Positions 1 through 12,988 of a DNA stretch of 64,000 nt are shown here, piece after piece. Within the stretch, counting starts at the first letter, position 1, and each line of letters starts with the position of its first letter. The notes beneath the pieces are model-generated. The model was given only the letters and a program-made list of their open reading frames with translations, did no database searches and was not told the DNA's origin. This DNA comes from Dicyema japonicum (lineage: Eukaryota > Animalia > Dicyemida), in contig RDEW01000001.1 of the NCBI GenBank assembly GCA_011109175.1, positions 2,387,863 through 2,451,862 on the forward strand. The letters run 5' to 3'. The translations under genes were made by a program, and so were the position numbers.

Positions 1-317
1 AGGTTGAAGGAACTCACAGAGATCCAAACTTGCACCAAAGTTAAGGAGAACGACGACTACATTCTCTAATTAATCAACAAAAACTTCTTCCAAGTTCTGC
101 TGGCTGTATCGCTGAGAGAATTCCTTCCACCCAGAGACAGGTATGAAGGTGTAAGTAATCTGGTCGCTCTCCAACAAGTGCTGGAGACAACCCCAGGCAC
201 ACACTGAATCGACATCACACGCTGCAAACACAACCACTCTCTGGAAATTACCAAACCGGTCACCTTCCCGTACAATTTCACGTAAAAGTCAGTCCTCAAG
301 TCATGTACTACAACCAT
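1..317 (-). CDS. CDC45: Cell division control protein 45, 5' part (continues beyond window start)
   Basis: Removing the 23-nt GT-AG intron at 241-263 and a ~21-nt second intron gives MVVVHDLRTDFYVKLYGK|RVVVFAACDVDSVCAWGCLQHLLESDQITYTFIPVSGWKEF...LLNFGASLDLCEFLQP. This matches the CDC45 N-terminus (DVDALCA, PVSGW, NCGANVDL). Confidence 0.92.
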
Positions 318-376
318 ATTCCCAATATTAATATTTTATTTTTATTTTAAAAATATTTATTTAAGTTATTCTGGTC
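318..376. promoter_or_regulatory. 59-bp AT-rich putative bidirectional promoter between CDC45 and GNB1L
   Basis: The two start codons diverge from an almost pure A/T spacer. Similar AT-rich tracts precede most genes in the window. Confidence 0.65.
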
Positions 377-1351
377 ATGAAAGTTCCCCCGCCACATTTT
401 CTTCTTCGAAGTGGTAATTCTTCCTCTTCAGCACTGCTTTACGGAGGAGGACATTTAATAAGCGGAGACCGCGAGGGGTTCATTACAATCTGGGATATTT
501 TGTCTCAAAAACAACTTCATCAATGGAGATGTCATAGAAATGTGGTAAATCTGATAATTCCAGAAAATAATATGGCTGGAGTTTGGCGAAGATGACCAAT
601 CCTTATTCTCCTGTGCTTTGAATGAATCCATTCGTGTTTCTCGTAAGGATAACTCAGGATGGATTTCTGAAGGTTTAAACTAATTAAATTGTAGATTTTA
701 TCGACGTTGGCTTATTCGAGTTCAGCATTTTTGCTTCTGTGAGGCTCAACTCCGACCAACTCTTTGTTTCTTGCGAAAAATCTAACAAAGTTGACTGAAA
801 CAGCTATTTAGATGGATATTTGCCAGCTCAGCAACGGAGAGAGAGTATACGAGTACATCCACAGGGAGGCAAACGGCATAATCACCACAGTTAGATTGGC
901 GCTTAAGGAGAGACTGTATTTCGTGGTGGCTTATGAAAATGGAGTCGTTGAAGTGCATTCCAATACACCGGATTTGACTGATGAGTGGGGGAGATCGGAA
1001 TACACGATTCATAAGGACGTCGTGACTTGCCTAGATGTGGGCTCTGATTACGTGATCTCTGGATCTGTGGATTCTAATATCAAGAAGTGGGCAATCAAAG
1101 ACGGAAACGTGACCCTGACTCGTAAAATGGAGAACGAGGGAGTCTCTTCATGTTCTATTAGGGAGGATGAACGAATCGTCGTTTTCTCTTGTTGGGACCA
1201 GAATATACGTGTGTTTTCCGTCAAGTCCCTTAAACTTTTGGCTGTGTTAGACTACCACGAAGCTAAAATCGAGTGCGTACTGTTGAGTCCCCCGAATAAT
1301 ATATTTTCGTCTTCTGCTGATAAACTGATATACTCCATACAGTTGTATTGA
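377..1351 (+). CDS. GNB1L: WD40-repeat protein GNB1L/Asa1
   Basis: N-terminal PPPHFLLR and C-terminal SIREDERIVVFSCWDQNIRVFS...LAVLDYH...IYSIQLY match the family. Three GT-AG introns of ~19-22 nt join the ORF pieces. Confidence 0.85.
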
Positions 1352-2159
1352 CGGAGTTCCCCGATGTGACTAAAAATTACTGTTTTTATTATAATTTTTT
1401 CATTTTTGGATGATTCGACTTCTTTATATGACGGGATTCAGCTCGGAGTATCCGGCGGTCCCTTAGTTCAAAGCATCGGATTTCTAATGCTCCGAAGGAA
1501 GATTGGTTTACTTGGAGAAGCGATTTCATGAGTTACAATTACTGAAGACTGGGAGTCCTTTATTCTCTTTAGTTGCGTTTTAGCTATCTCCTCTATTCTC
1601 TCAAGCTACTGGGCTCTCTAAATTCAAAATTCGAGACCATGCTAATTTTCCTATGACTTACTATGCAAAAATCAACCACCTTATCACCCCCAAAAGGCTT
1701 CCACTGTAAGAGATCGCATGATCAGAAGTCAGCAGACCTTTCCATTATTCCACAATCCCTAATTACTCGTGGTCGACCCTATAATGCAAAAGATCCAGAC
1801 GCTTTAGTCATACATCACCTGTAAAGTCTCGGTCCGAACGGGCTTTCTTGCTTTAACCAATTTAATCGAACGCTCAGTCAGAGACCAGTATCTATGCTCT
1901 GGTAGAAATCCTCCATCATGTTTAATTTGAAGACTAAGCGTGACCCTTCTGATCCTTCATTACATCGTCTTATTTCCCCCTTGTCTCGAAGATTGCTCCT
2001 TTATTATGTCAACCTACTCTCGTTATCAATACCAACTAAAAAGCGGTCAAGGCTCAGTCCTTTTTCCAGACTTATTTAACCCCCACCAAGAGAGTTTACC
2101 AAACACATCAAAACCAACGTTTTTCTTAATAATAAATAATAATAATATTTCTCTTAAAT

Positions 2160-2461
2160 GTACACTATAGCACTTTCTGCAGAGCCATATCAGCTTAGGC
2201 AGAACACACACTTTAAGTAAAGAACAGTTATTATAACTAATCGTAGAGGGAGAACCAAGAAATGCTCTTCACTTCTTTTCTTGCGTGTATCTCCTTTACA
2301 GACAATCCGGTTCTTCAGTGAAGTATGTGTTCACTGATGACGTCGTCATTCGTCAAGCCAAAGCATATTGATGCGTAGGAACCTTCAACCGAATGTACAG
2401 TATCGGGATTCGAACTAGCGACTTTCAGGCCTCTAGTTCGGCGAACGTCACACAGCGCCAC
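2160..2461 (-). mobile_element. tRNA-derived SINE, family A (most complete copy)
   Basis: The minus strand starts GTGGCGCTGTG (A-box-like) and has the B box GTTCGAATCCC. The body (GAAGGTTCC..CGCAT..ATGCTTTG.CTTGACGA.TGACG.CGTCATCAGTG) recurs at ~4205, ~21800, ~27005 and ~56585. Confidence 0.75.
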
Positions 2462-2819
2462 TTCTTTCTTATGCCGACAATATTATAATTGCCTCACCCA
2501 TCGTGAAGTGACGGTCGCTTCTGTGATTCAGCAAGAACAAATTGTCATATTTTCTCTTGTGGACAAAAATCTCCTCAGCCATTTTACTGAAAGGTCGTCC
2601 ATAACGCTTTTCACTACTGACGGTCAATATTTCAACTTGAAACCGGTCTCCTTCCTGTAATTCAAATCCCAAAAATACTGGCGTGATACACGATACTTCA
2701 TTGTCATTTTGCAAAAAATTTCTCGTAAGTATTCGAAAAATCTCAAATGCTCAGTCTACTCCGGGGGTTATTTGGTCAAGGCAAAGAGAGCTTATCGCTC
2801 ATCTACAGACCATTTATTG

Positions 2820-2935
2820 ATTCTCGGAGTAGAAACGTCTTGGATCGACTAGAGCTGCTGGCAATTTAAGCGAATTTCACTCGCAATCATGAGAGGGAAT
2901 AGACAAGCAGTGGGCGGCTTCCTTGTGGTCCTCGA
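2820..2935 (+). mobile_element. CRE-like retrotransposon C-terminal remnant
   Basis: Translates in pieces to GVETS...KRISLAIMRGN, the C-terminal motif seen in the other CRE-like copies. Confidence 0.45.
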
Positions 2936-4204
2936 ATTGATTATTTAATGATTATTAATAAAGTGTTCATTTGTCAGAACAACGATGACTTTGCTGTTCT
3001 TGCCTGGGTCCCTGCTTATGAATAACAAACCTCGAAAAAAACCTACGACTGCAACTGCTCTAAGAATAATTACTGGCTGTCTGCAACCACACCTGACCGC
3101 GTACACTAGGAATCAAGCATTCTCCCAATTAGGGACCATTTCAATATGCTGAGTCTACAATTCCTTGACAAATGTAAAACGCTGGGTCATCCGACTCACT
3201 ACCTTTAATTTTCCACTAACAAAAGGAGAATCATACCTACCCTCGTGACAAAGTTCGCATTCTTCAAACCATCCAAGAAATGAGCCCAATTAGTCGTGCC
3301 TTAAACGATCTACGACAGGGTTTCTACTAATGCGAAGTCATGGCATCAACTTGCTTCTGAAACGTCTTTCACCAAATATTAACCTTATTGAGAAGAATCG
3401 GACAGTTGCCTTCCCTATTTTGCTCTTTCTGCCTTCTGACAACAAGAAGTTGAGGCACATCCTCCCTTGTCCGTGTCCATCTTCGAGCTCTGCCTCACAT
3501 CAAACATACCTGACGAATCTCAGGAAGCTTCCGCTCTAGATTGCCACTGAATCGATAAAAATCACGCTCTTTTTCTTAAGAATCAACTCCCATATTATCT
3601 TTATCTACTTTCTCCACTGCCGATTCTGTGTTCTTTTCCTTTTCCGCGTCCACTACCAAAAATTGGTTGGAAGTAGAGATGAACTCTTCATCAGACACCT
3701 CTATTCCATGTTTACGTTTAATTATCATACTCTCCAAAGTTTTCTTCGATACAACCCATTTGATCTAAGTCTCCTAAAGATAACTCATCCATACTTCCAA
3801 TATTTGAACTCGCAGCTTTTTCAAAATAATGTTTTTTTCCAAAATGATTTTTTGTATATTTTAGACTATATAATATTTAGATGTTATTTTATATTAAATT
3901 GTTATTTTTATTTAAATTATTACATATTTTTGCAAATTTTAATTTTACTTTACTTATGATTTTTTGCAATGTGACGATGTAGTAAGTTGATGACCTTAAA
4001 ATAGCTTCTGCACTTTCACTATTGGCGAAGGAAATGCAGAATCAAGTATCCCATTAATTAGACTAAATATGATTTTTTATGTTTCATTTTTTTGAAAAGT
4101 GGCTTTTAAATTTTTTTTGATCTTTGGCTTAGAAGGTTGCCGACCCCTGCACTATGGACTCAACAATAGAATTAAGCCGATTTGTCAATATTAATCATAT
4201 GATT

Positions 4205-4400
4205 AACCACGACTTGATGAGTGACTAGCTCATCAGTGGACATTCACTGCGGAACTGGATAGTCTAAAAAAGACCCACACACAAGAAAAAGAAAAAAAAG
4301 AAGTGAAGATCATTCCTTGGTTCTACGATTAGTTAAAATTGTTTAAATAAAGTGTGTTTCCTGCCTATGCGGAGCTATAAATATCACGGCTCCGTGAAAA
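4205..4400 (+). mobile_element. SINE family A, 5'-truncated copy
   Basis: Aligns by eye to the reverse complement of 2160-2360 (TCATCAGTG..CACTG, AAGAAGTGAAGA, TTGGTTCT..ACGATTAGTTA). Confidence 0.65.
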
Positions 4401-4700
4401 GGCTGTTATTATTAACCACAAATATGATTAAATACAGATTTTCGATAATTAAAGTGCTTTTTACAAAATTGAAGAGGTGGAATTATTGATGTTGAAGATT
4501 ATGATGTTACTTGTGTAGGAGATTACTGCCAAATCTCGACCATTTTAAGTAGCTTTGTGAAAAAAGTCGGAAATGGGCTAAAAGATAACGAAAATTTAAT
4601 AATTTTTTGAAATTTATAAACATAATTATTTATTAAAATTATTTTACAATTGTTATAATTTTGTTGGTTTTGAATACTAATTTTGTTGACACACCTAATA

Positions 4701-6508
<1,808 letters not shown>

Positions 6509-7749
6509 CTTTATCTCACCTAATATCGATATATCTATTTTTTGGCTTTATTTTCGCGCCTAATAGCTAAATTGTTGAGATTAATCGAATGCCTTGTTAG
6601 AAAATGGAAATAACTGTCTTATTTTGTGAAGTCCACAAGTCATGCCTTTCTCCCAGTGATCGACTTTTCTTTCCTGAGAATAATCAGCATAATACAAGGA
6701 ACTATTTGAGTTGTCATTGTTAGCTTTAATGAGGCCTTGTGAGCACGACTTCTATTTCCATTCTACTGCCCTATTCGAGTCCCCATTTGTTACGCGTGTC
6801 TCATATGGATATTTTGTCCCCATATACAGAACTTAGGGAAGTGGTGTTAGAAATCTCGTTTCTTAGTATTCTCCATTAAATTCGCTGACTAATAAATCTC
6901 TATGTGACCTTGTTAGGCTGTGCTTACTAATATGATCCACATCAAAAAAAATGAACATTTTTAATCAATTATTGGACTAGTTCTTAGTGGTCGTTTGCCA
7001 TAAAGTATAACTGCTGACGTAGTACTGATGCATCATGACTCAGTCATAGCACATCGAATGTCCTCATCTCCTCAAAATTGATGTAACCTCTCGCTACATA
7101 TATATTCGCAAGCATGGAAAAAATGACAGTCAGGAGACGCTGAATACACCAAGTTTAGAAACCAAAGATGGACGGATACGCCACTTTTCATATTCGAATC
7201 TCATCTATTATCAAAATTTGTTCTCGAATTACTAGAAGAAGTGTATCATAAAAGCGCTGACCCTAGTAGATCAGGGGGTATCCCAAAATCCAGTTGAATT
7301 TTTGAATTCGTTAGATATTCTTGGATTTCCACAGCTCGGAAAGGGCCGATTATTATGAAATACAGTACCCCCCAAATTAGATTAGTTTTAAAAACAGTAA
7401 TTTTCATTCAATAGAAAATACCATTTTGACGGAATGGGCAAAGGGAGAAAATGGATTTATCCTGAAGACACCATTGACTTTTGATGTCCTTCAAATACAA
7501 GCGACCGTAGTTCCATGTAAGACTTGGTTTTAAGGCAACAAATAATGGTTTCTTTTCGCCCGAATATGCCAGTTGCTCAAGAATAGGTTCAGGAGATAAT
7601 CTTTTTGTATTCACGGAAGATGGAAAGACTGTGGTGCTCTTTAAATAATTTCCACCACTTTTGTTTTAGATTCTTTAAGTATAACTTCAGTTTCCAAAAG
7701 TATGTATCAATCAAGGCGACCAATCTATGTTGACGCAAGCAATAACGAA

Positions 7750-7812
7750 GGTAGCTTAGTGGTCGCTGCTGTAGTTCGCGTCGCGATTAGCTGAGGTTTC
7801 GATTCCTACACA
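7750..7812 (+). other. tRNA-like Pol III promoter remnant (SINE head or pseudo-tRNA)
   Basis: A box TAGCTTAGTGG and B-box-like GGTTTCGATTCC at tRNA-like spacing, but no convincing cloverleaf. Confidence 0.4.
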
Positions 7813-8509
7813 ACTCCCTAATGGTGGAAAGATTCAGTTATGCTCTGTGCCTTCTTCAATGTGTCATGGAATCTACTTAACTTAACAGACACCCAGTGGT
7901 TGATCAGCATCAAAAAGGATATATCTCTTCATACTCCTCTGAAGGGACATTGTTGCGAATGATGGAGATTTACAAATACCTCTGCGATTGGGCTTAAAAA
8001 TCCCACAAGTTTTCAACCGATGAAAATCTATTTGGCACGATCGCTGAAACAACATTTAGTTTTCGCAGATGTGGGAACCCTACCAAGGAATGACCAGTGA
8101 AGGGTGGATAATCCTAAAAAAACTGAGAACCTGAAAAAGATGGATAGAGAAAATCACTATAGTTTAACGAAGAAGCAAGAAGAAACCTAATTCCAGATAG
8201 CAANAGGGCTTAAAAATCCCACAAGTTTTCAACCAATGAAAATCTATTTGGCACGATCGCTGAAACAACATTTAGTTTTCGCAGATGTGGGAACCCTACC
8301 AAGGAATAACCAGTGAAGGGTGGATAATCCTGAAAAAAACTGAGAACCTGAAAAAGATGGATAGAGAACATCACTATAGTTTAACGAAGAAGCAAGAAGA
8401 AACCTAATTCCAGATAGCAATTGAGAATTATCAAACCTAATTTATATATTAACCAAGGATACAGCGAGAAAGAAGTTAATGTAAACAACTAATTAAATGT
8501 ATCCATTTT

Positions 8510-8705
8510 GCATACTTGCAGTTCTGGAAACCCCTCCAATGGAATGGTGTGAGAGCAAATGATCCTTTTTCGTGCCGGCCTGGCACTGGGCGCCACCTAG
8601 ACAGGTGGATCACATGACGCCACTCTAATTGGAAGAGAAAAAAAACAGACGAACAAACAGAAACTTCAACCAATTAGCCACGAAGCACCACATGGCGCCA
8701 CGCGA
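8510..8705 (-). mobile_element. Dispersed repeat family B (SINE-like, structured)
   Basis: The minus strand begins GCGTGGCGCCATGTGGT (A-box-like). The core GGCGTCATGTGATCCACCTGTCTAGGTGGCGCC...AAAAGGATC has related copies at ~18620, ~22175 and ~41580. Confidence 0.7.
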
Positions 8706-8991
8706 CCAACATAAAAAAAACAATTTATCAAACCTAAGGGTACTGACAATGACAATGCATCTAAGGCGGTTAAAAATAAGTTATTTTAAATATGTGTAAA
8801 AACTTATATTGAATTAAACACATGGCGCCACGCGACCAACATAAAAAAAACAAATTATCAAACCTAAGGGTACTGACAATGACAATGCATCTAAGGCGGT
8901 TAAAAATAAGTTATTTTAAATATATGTAAAAACTTATATTGAATTAAATAATACTATATTATTCTATTTATTGTAAACCGTTTTTGTGGTT

Positions 8992-11386
8992 ATGAATTTA
9001 CTTTTCAATAAAAAAGATAAATCAACGTTAAGTGATCTAATTGGTAATTGATATAAATTTATTGACAGAAAAGGCCGTTGATAACGACAACGACTGGTCC
9101 ACTATTTTAGATATCTGTGATTTTCTGAATGATGACATAATCAGGCACAAAACGTTCATCCAAATGATAAAGGCAATAATTAAAGCAGACAACCAAAGAA
9201 AGGCCATAAACTCAATTCAGGTTTAGTGATCGATTTATATAATAGATTCTGGATTCTGCCTCAAAGAATTGCGGTTGGGCCCTCCATAAGGAGATCTCCA
9301 CGGAGGAGTTCATGAAGTTTATAACAGATATCATCGATAAGGACAACCGACCACTTGTTACTGAGAAAATCGTTGCTATCCTGAATTTTTGGGGACATCA
9401 TTTAAAGGAGGTTGAAGGATATCAGTTCATAAAGAATGCGATGGAGGTCGCAAAAAAGAACGGTGAGTACCTACGTAACTTTAAGGTCACAAAATGGACG
9501 ACTTGACGACGTCTGAAGCAATGATCGAGGCCGATGTGCTCCCCCAGTGGAAAGAGGGAGATTCCTGTATCCTTTGTGAGACCAAATTCACCATTTTAAC
9601 TCGGAAACATCACTGCCGTGCATGTGGAGCCCTTGTTTGCGGCAAATGCTCTGTGAATTCGGCGATTTTACCGAAATTTAGCATAGAAACTCCCGTTAGA
9701 GTTTGTGACGCCTGTTATAATCATATGAACGAGTATTTTTGCTTATCAATCAGGAATGAGAAGGCAACCAACGTGGAAAATGTTCAGGAAGCTGTCGAGG
9801 ACCCCGAGTTCCTTGCTCAACTGAACCAGGCCTTACTGGAAAGTGCTGAACTCGAGAAGAAAAAGCTGGTATCACTTCCTTTTAATATTTCTTAGAAACA
9901 GTCAGATATATTGGAGAGGTACCGAAATTTTGGAAGTAACTCGGCCTCCGAGACTAAGAAGGAAGATCATGAGGATAAAGGTAACCACGTGGACGCTGTG
10001 TCAGCCTCAGCACCTGAAGTCTCTTCAATCTTCGTTTGTTGATCTTTTATTAGCAGAATGAGCCTACCTCTACATTTGTAGCTTCAAACTTTTCCCAACC
10101 AATTATAGAAAATCCTGGAGAAGTAACTGAGGACCAACCTTCAGAAGATGCCGAATATGTTCCCGGCCAATTGGTAGTGTGACATTTTTTAAATAGACGA
10201 CCGGCGATTTTGCTTCCAAAGAGTTTCTGGACACTTTTAGGGGCAATATGCAAGCCTTCAGTCTTCGACTTCAAAGTTCGATTCAGAGAAAACGTCCGGT
10301 CAGCACAGACACGGGACTCCACAACTCATTTAAAGCTCTGTGTGATATGTACAGTAGTCTAAAGGATATTATTGGGGAGGCGTATGAATCGAGAGGTTAC
10401 TTACGTGTTTTATGGTTAGGATATTACGAGACTCTTCAAGATAAGATGACAAAGATAAACGATGCCATGGAAGCGTTGAATGTAATGAAGGACGAATATT
10501 ATGAGCGGATGGTTGAGGAGAGACGAATGGCTGAGATGAAGAGGAGGGAAGCCATGAAGGATAAGTTAGATTGGCTGAGACAATGCAAATCAGTATTATT
10601 TGTGGAGACTTTAGGAATATTACGAATATCAGCGATATATGCAGATGCAGTTATTAGGGGGATCTGTTCCACAAAATGACATGCCTAATCCTCAGATGGA
10701 ATATACAAATGAAAAATTCGACCCCTATGTGGCTAGACCTAATCCTCAACAGCAGCCAATAAATTCACACATATACAACATGCCTGATAAAACATATCCG
10801 TATGTCCCTCGAATGGAATATCATCCACAGTATAATCAGGTACAAGTTCCACGAGATGTGAATGAGTACAACAATTTGTATCATCCAACTAAACCGTCTG
10901 TACATGGTCACTTCGACATGAATGACCCCAGATTGGGAGATGGTGGAATACCTCGTGGGGAATTTCATGAACCTCCCAAAATGGGTTTTAGTCCAAACAA
11001 TCAGCCATATTCCCAGAATTATAATGCTAATCAATTCACCAATTATCCGGGAGTGAACCTACCCACGACAGAAGGGGCTAATGTACCTACTTGTAAACCT
11101 TGGCAAGAATTCTCCGGTGTCTACTCTGGATTTCAACGACCAATGAATCCTGGTACACATCAACCGGGTCAGTATAATATGGAAGACATAAATTCCTACT
11201 TATTTAATCCGGGTTTGCCTCCTCAATTCATGCGACCCCAAGTGCCTCTTCAGTCGAATAAGAATGTTGCATCTCAATCGGAAGGTGATGGACCAAAATC
11301 TGGTAATGATTATATGTGATAGTTTAGAGGACCTTACTACTGCTGAGAATAAAGAAGTAGATCGACTTTTAATTTCATTTGATTAA
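8992..11386 (+). CDS. HGS: Hepatocyte growth factor-regulated tyrosine kinase substrate (Hrs/Vps27, ESCRT-0)
   Basis: VHS domain (DWSTILDICD, KNCG), FYVE (RKHHCRACG...VRVCDAC), helical region (YYETLQDKM), P/Q-rich tail and C-terminal clathrin box LLISFD*. About 10 introns of 20-27 nt. Confidence 0.93.
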
Positions 11387-11820
11387 TTTAGTTATTAATT
11401 ATTTTAGATTTCTAATTATTTACTTATTTATTATTTGATTTATTGACATCTTATTATTGTTTGTTCTCGGTTTGTGCGCATTGATTGATGAATTGTAATT
11501 CGGCGTCGTTTCAACCGTTTCTGGAAAAATTTTATATTTTTGTAGCGAACAAATACAACCGAGAATCTACCAAATAGTTTGCTTGGTAATGGGGATAAGT
11601 GTCTAACTACCATTTACTAATTTCTTTAATAAATAAACAGCTCAGGGTTTGACCATCATCACCTTTTTTCACCTCGTCCATGTCTACTTTTGTAGGTAAT
11701 TGTGAAATTCATCCTCTTAGATTCCGTCTAGATATTTCAAATTGCTAACTAATTGGGTTCCTATAAAAATATCGGTCTTAAGCTAACTTTTATCGACAAG
11801 GATTAAGAGCCTTGTTAGTA

Positions 11821-12312
11821 CAGTCGACCCTCACAAATTGGCCATTTTTAGTTCCTTGAATTTTGTGGTCAATTTGAAAAAATAAAATCAAAAATTAAAA
11901 AACAATGAACAAATAATTTTTTTAAGTGCCTTAATGAACCTAAATCGTATTTCTGTTTTATTAAAATAAAATTTAATTACTAACTTTTTTTCTTTGCTTC
12001 GATAATACTTGCTTTTTACTTTCTTATTAAAGAAATTAGAGAAACTTCATATTCATTCTAACATTAGCTAGAGTTCCCTCTCTATTGCAGTTAATCTAAC
12101 TACATTATCTTTTTTGCCTACAGGCCGTATTTTTTCTATTCTTGTTCACTAATCTTATTAACATCTACGAGAAGATTTGAAAACCACGTGTTAATAAAAT
12201 TTTTTTTTCCAATTTGTATTAAAATTAAAGTAAAAATTGGCCAATTAATAACGAGAATAGGATTTTTTTCTTTGAAATTAAAAAAACGTGGCGAATCTGT
12301 TAGGGTCGAATG
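11821..12312. mobile_element. pogo/Tigger-type non-autonomous DNA transposon (MITE)
   Basis: Imperfect TIRs CAGTCGACCCTCACAAATTGGCCA / TGGCGAATCTGTTAGGGTCGAATG, flanked by TA on both sides. Confidence 0.75.
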
Positions 12313-12988
12313 TACTTAGATTTGTAATCGATAAATAACAAGATGGTATCTAACGGACGGTCTCAGACATCAGATGCATCTAGCTTGGCCTTGAAATTGA
12401 AGTAAGATCACGACAAAAGAAGAGGTGATCTGTCTGTGGTCGTCTAGAAGGTGTGAGAGGCAGAACAAAGACTTATGTTAATAGTCTTGCAGTCTCCCTA
12501 ATGATTCTGAAATGCGAACTTTGTCACCGAGACTTGGTATGATCCTCTTTTTATTTATGGTAGACAAGAGCAGGGGGTCAGATAGTTCGATGTTTTACAT
12601 TTGTAGAAGAGACCAAGCATCTTTATAGGCGAAATTTTTGATTCTCGTTGCAGTTGGAGAGGTTTTAGACAGGCGGTACTTGTTCTTAGGGCAGAGTATA
12701 ATTGTCTCCCACGGCATGCCAACAGAAAATCAACGCAAGAACATTGAAAATACATGGAGCTTGCAGTACGCTAACTTATGCGTAAATTTCTTCAAAACAT
12801 CGTGGTTAAGACAACTGAAGGAAAGCAAGAAACCCTCTCGTTTCCTCTACATGCTGGATACACTAGAATGCCATGTGAAAACCAGTAGCTTCTCCATTGA
12901 TCACCTTGCCATCCTGAGAGGCTGCCTATGGCGGGATAATTTGACTAATTAAAAAAATACCATATAAATCATACAAAATCAATAATAA

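Noticed and set aside
2400-2461. Functional tRNA gene
   Set aside because: No complete cloverleaf, and it is fused to a dispersed repeat body, so it is a SINE head.
6900-7700. Possible DNA transposase remnant
   Set aside because: No motif could be assigned with confidence by eye.
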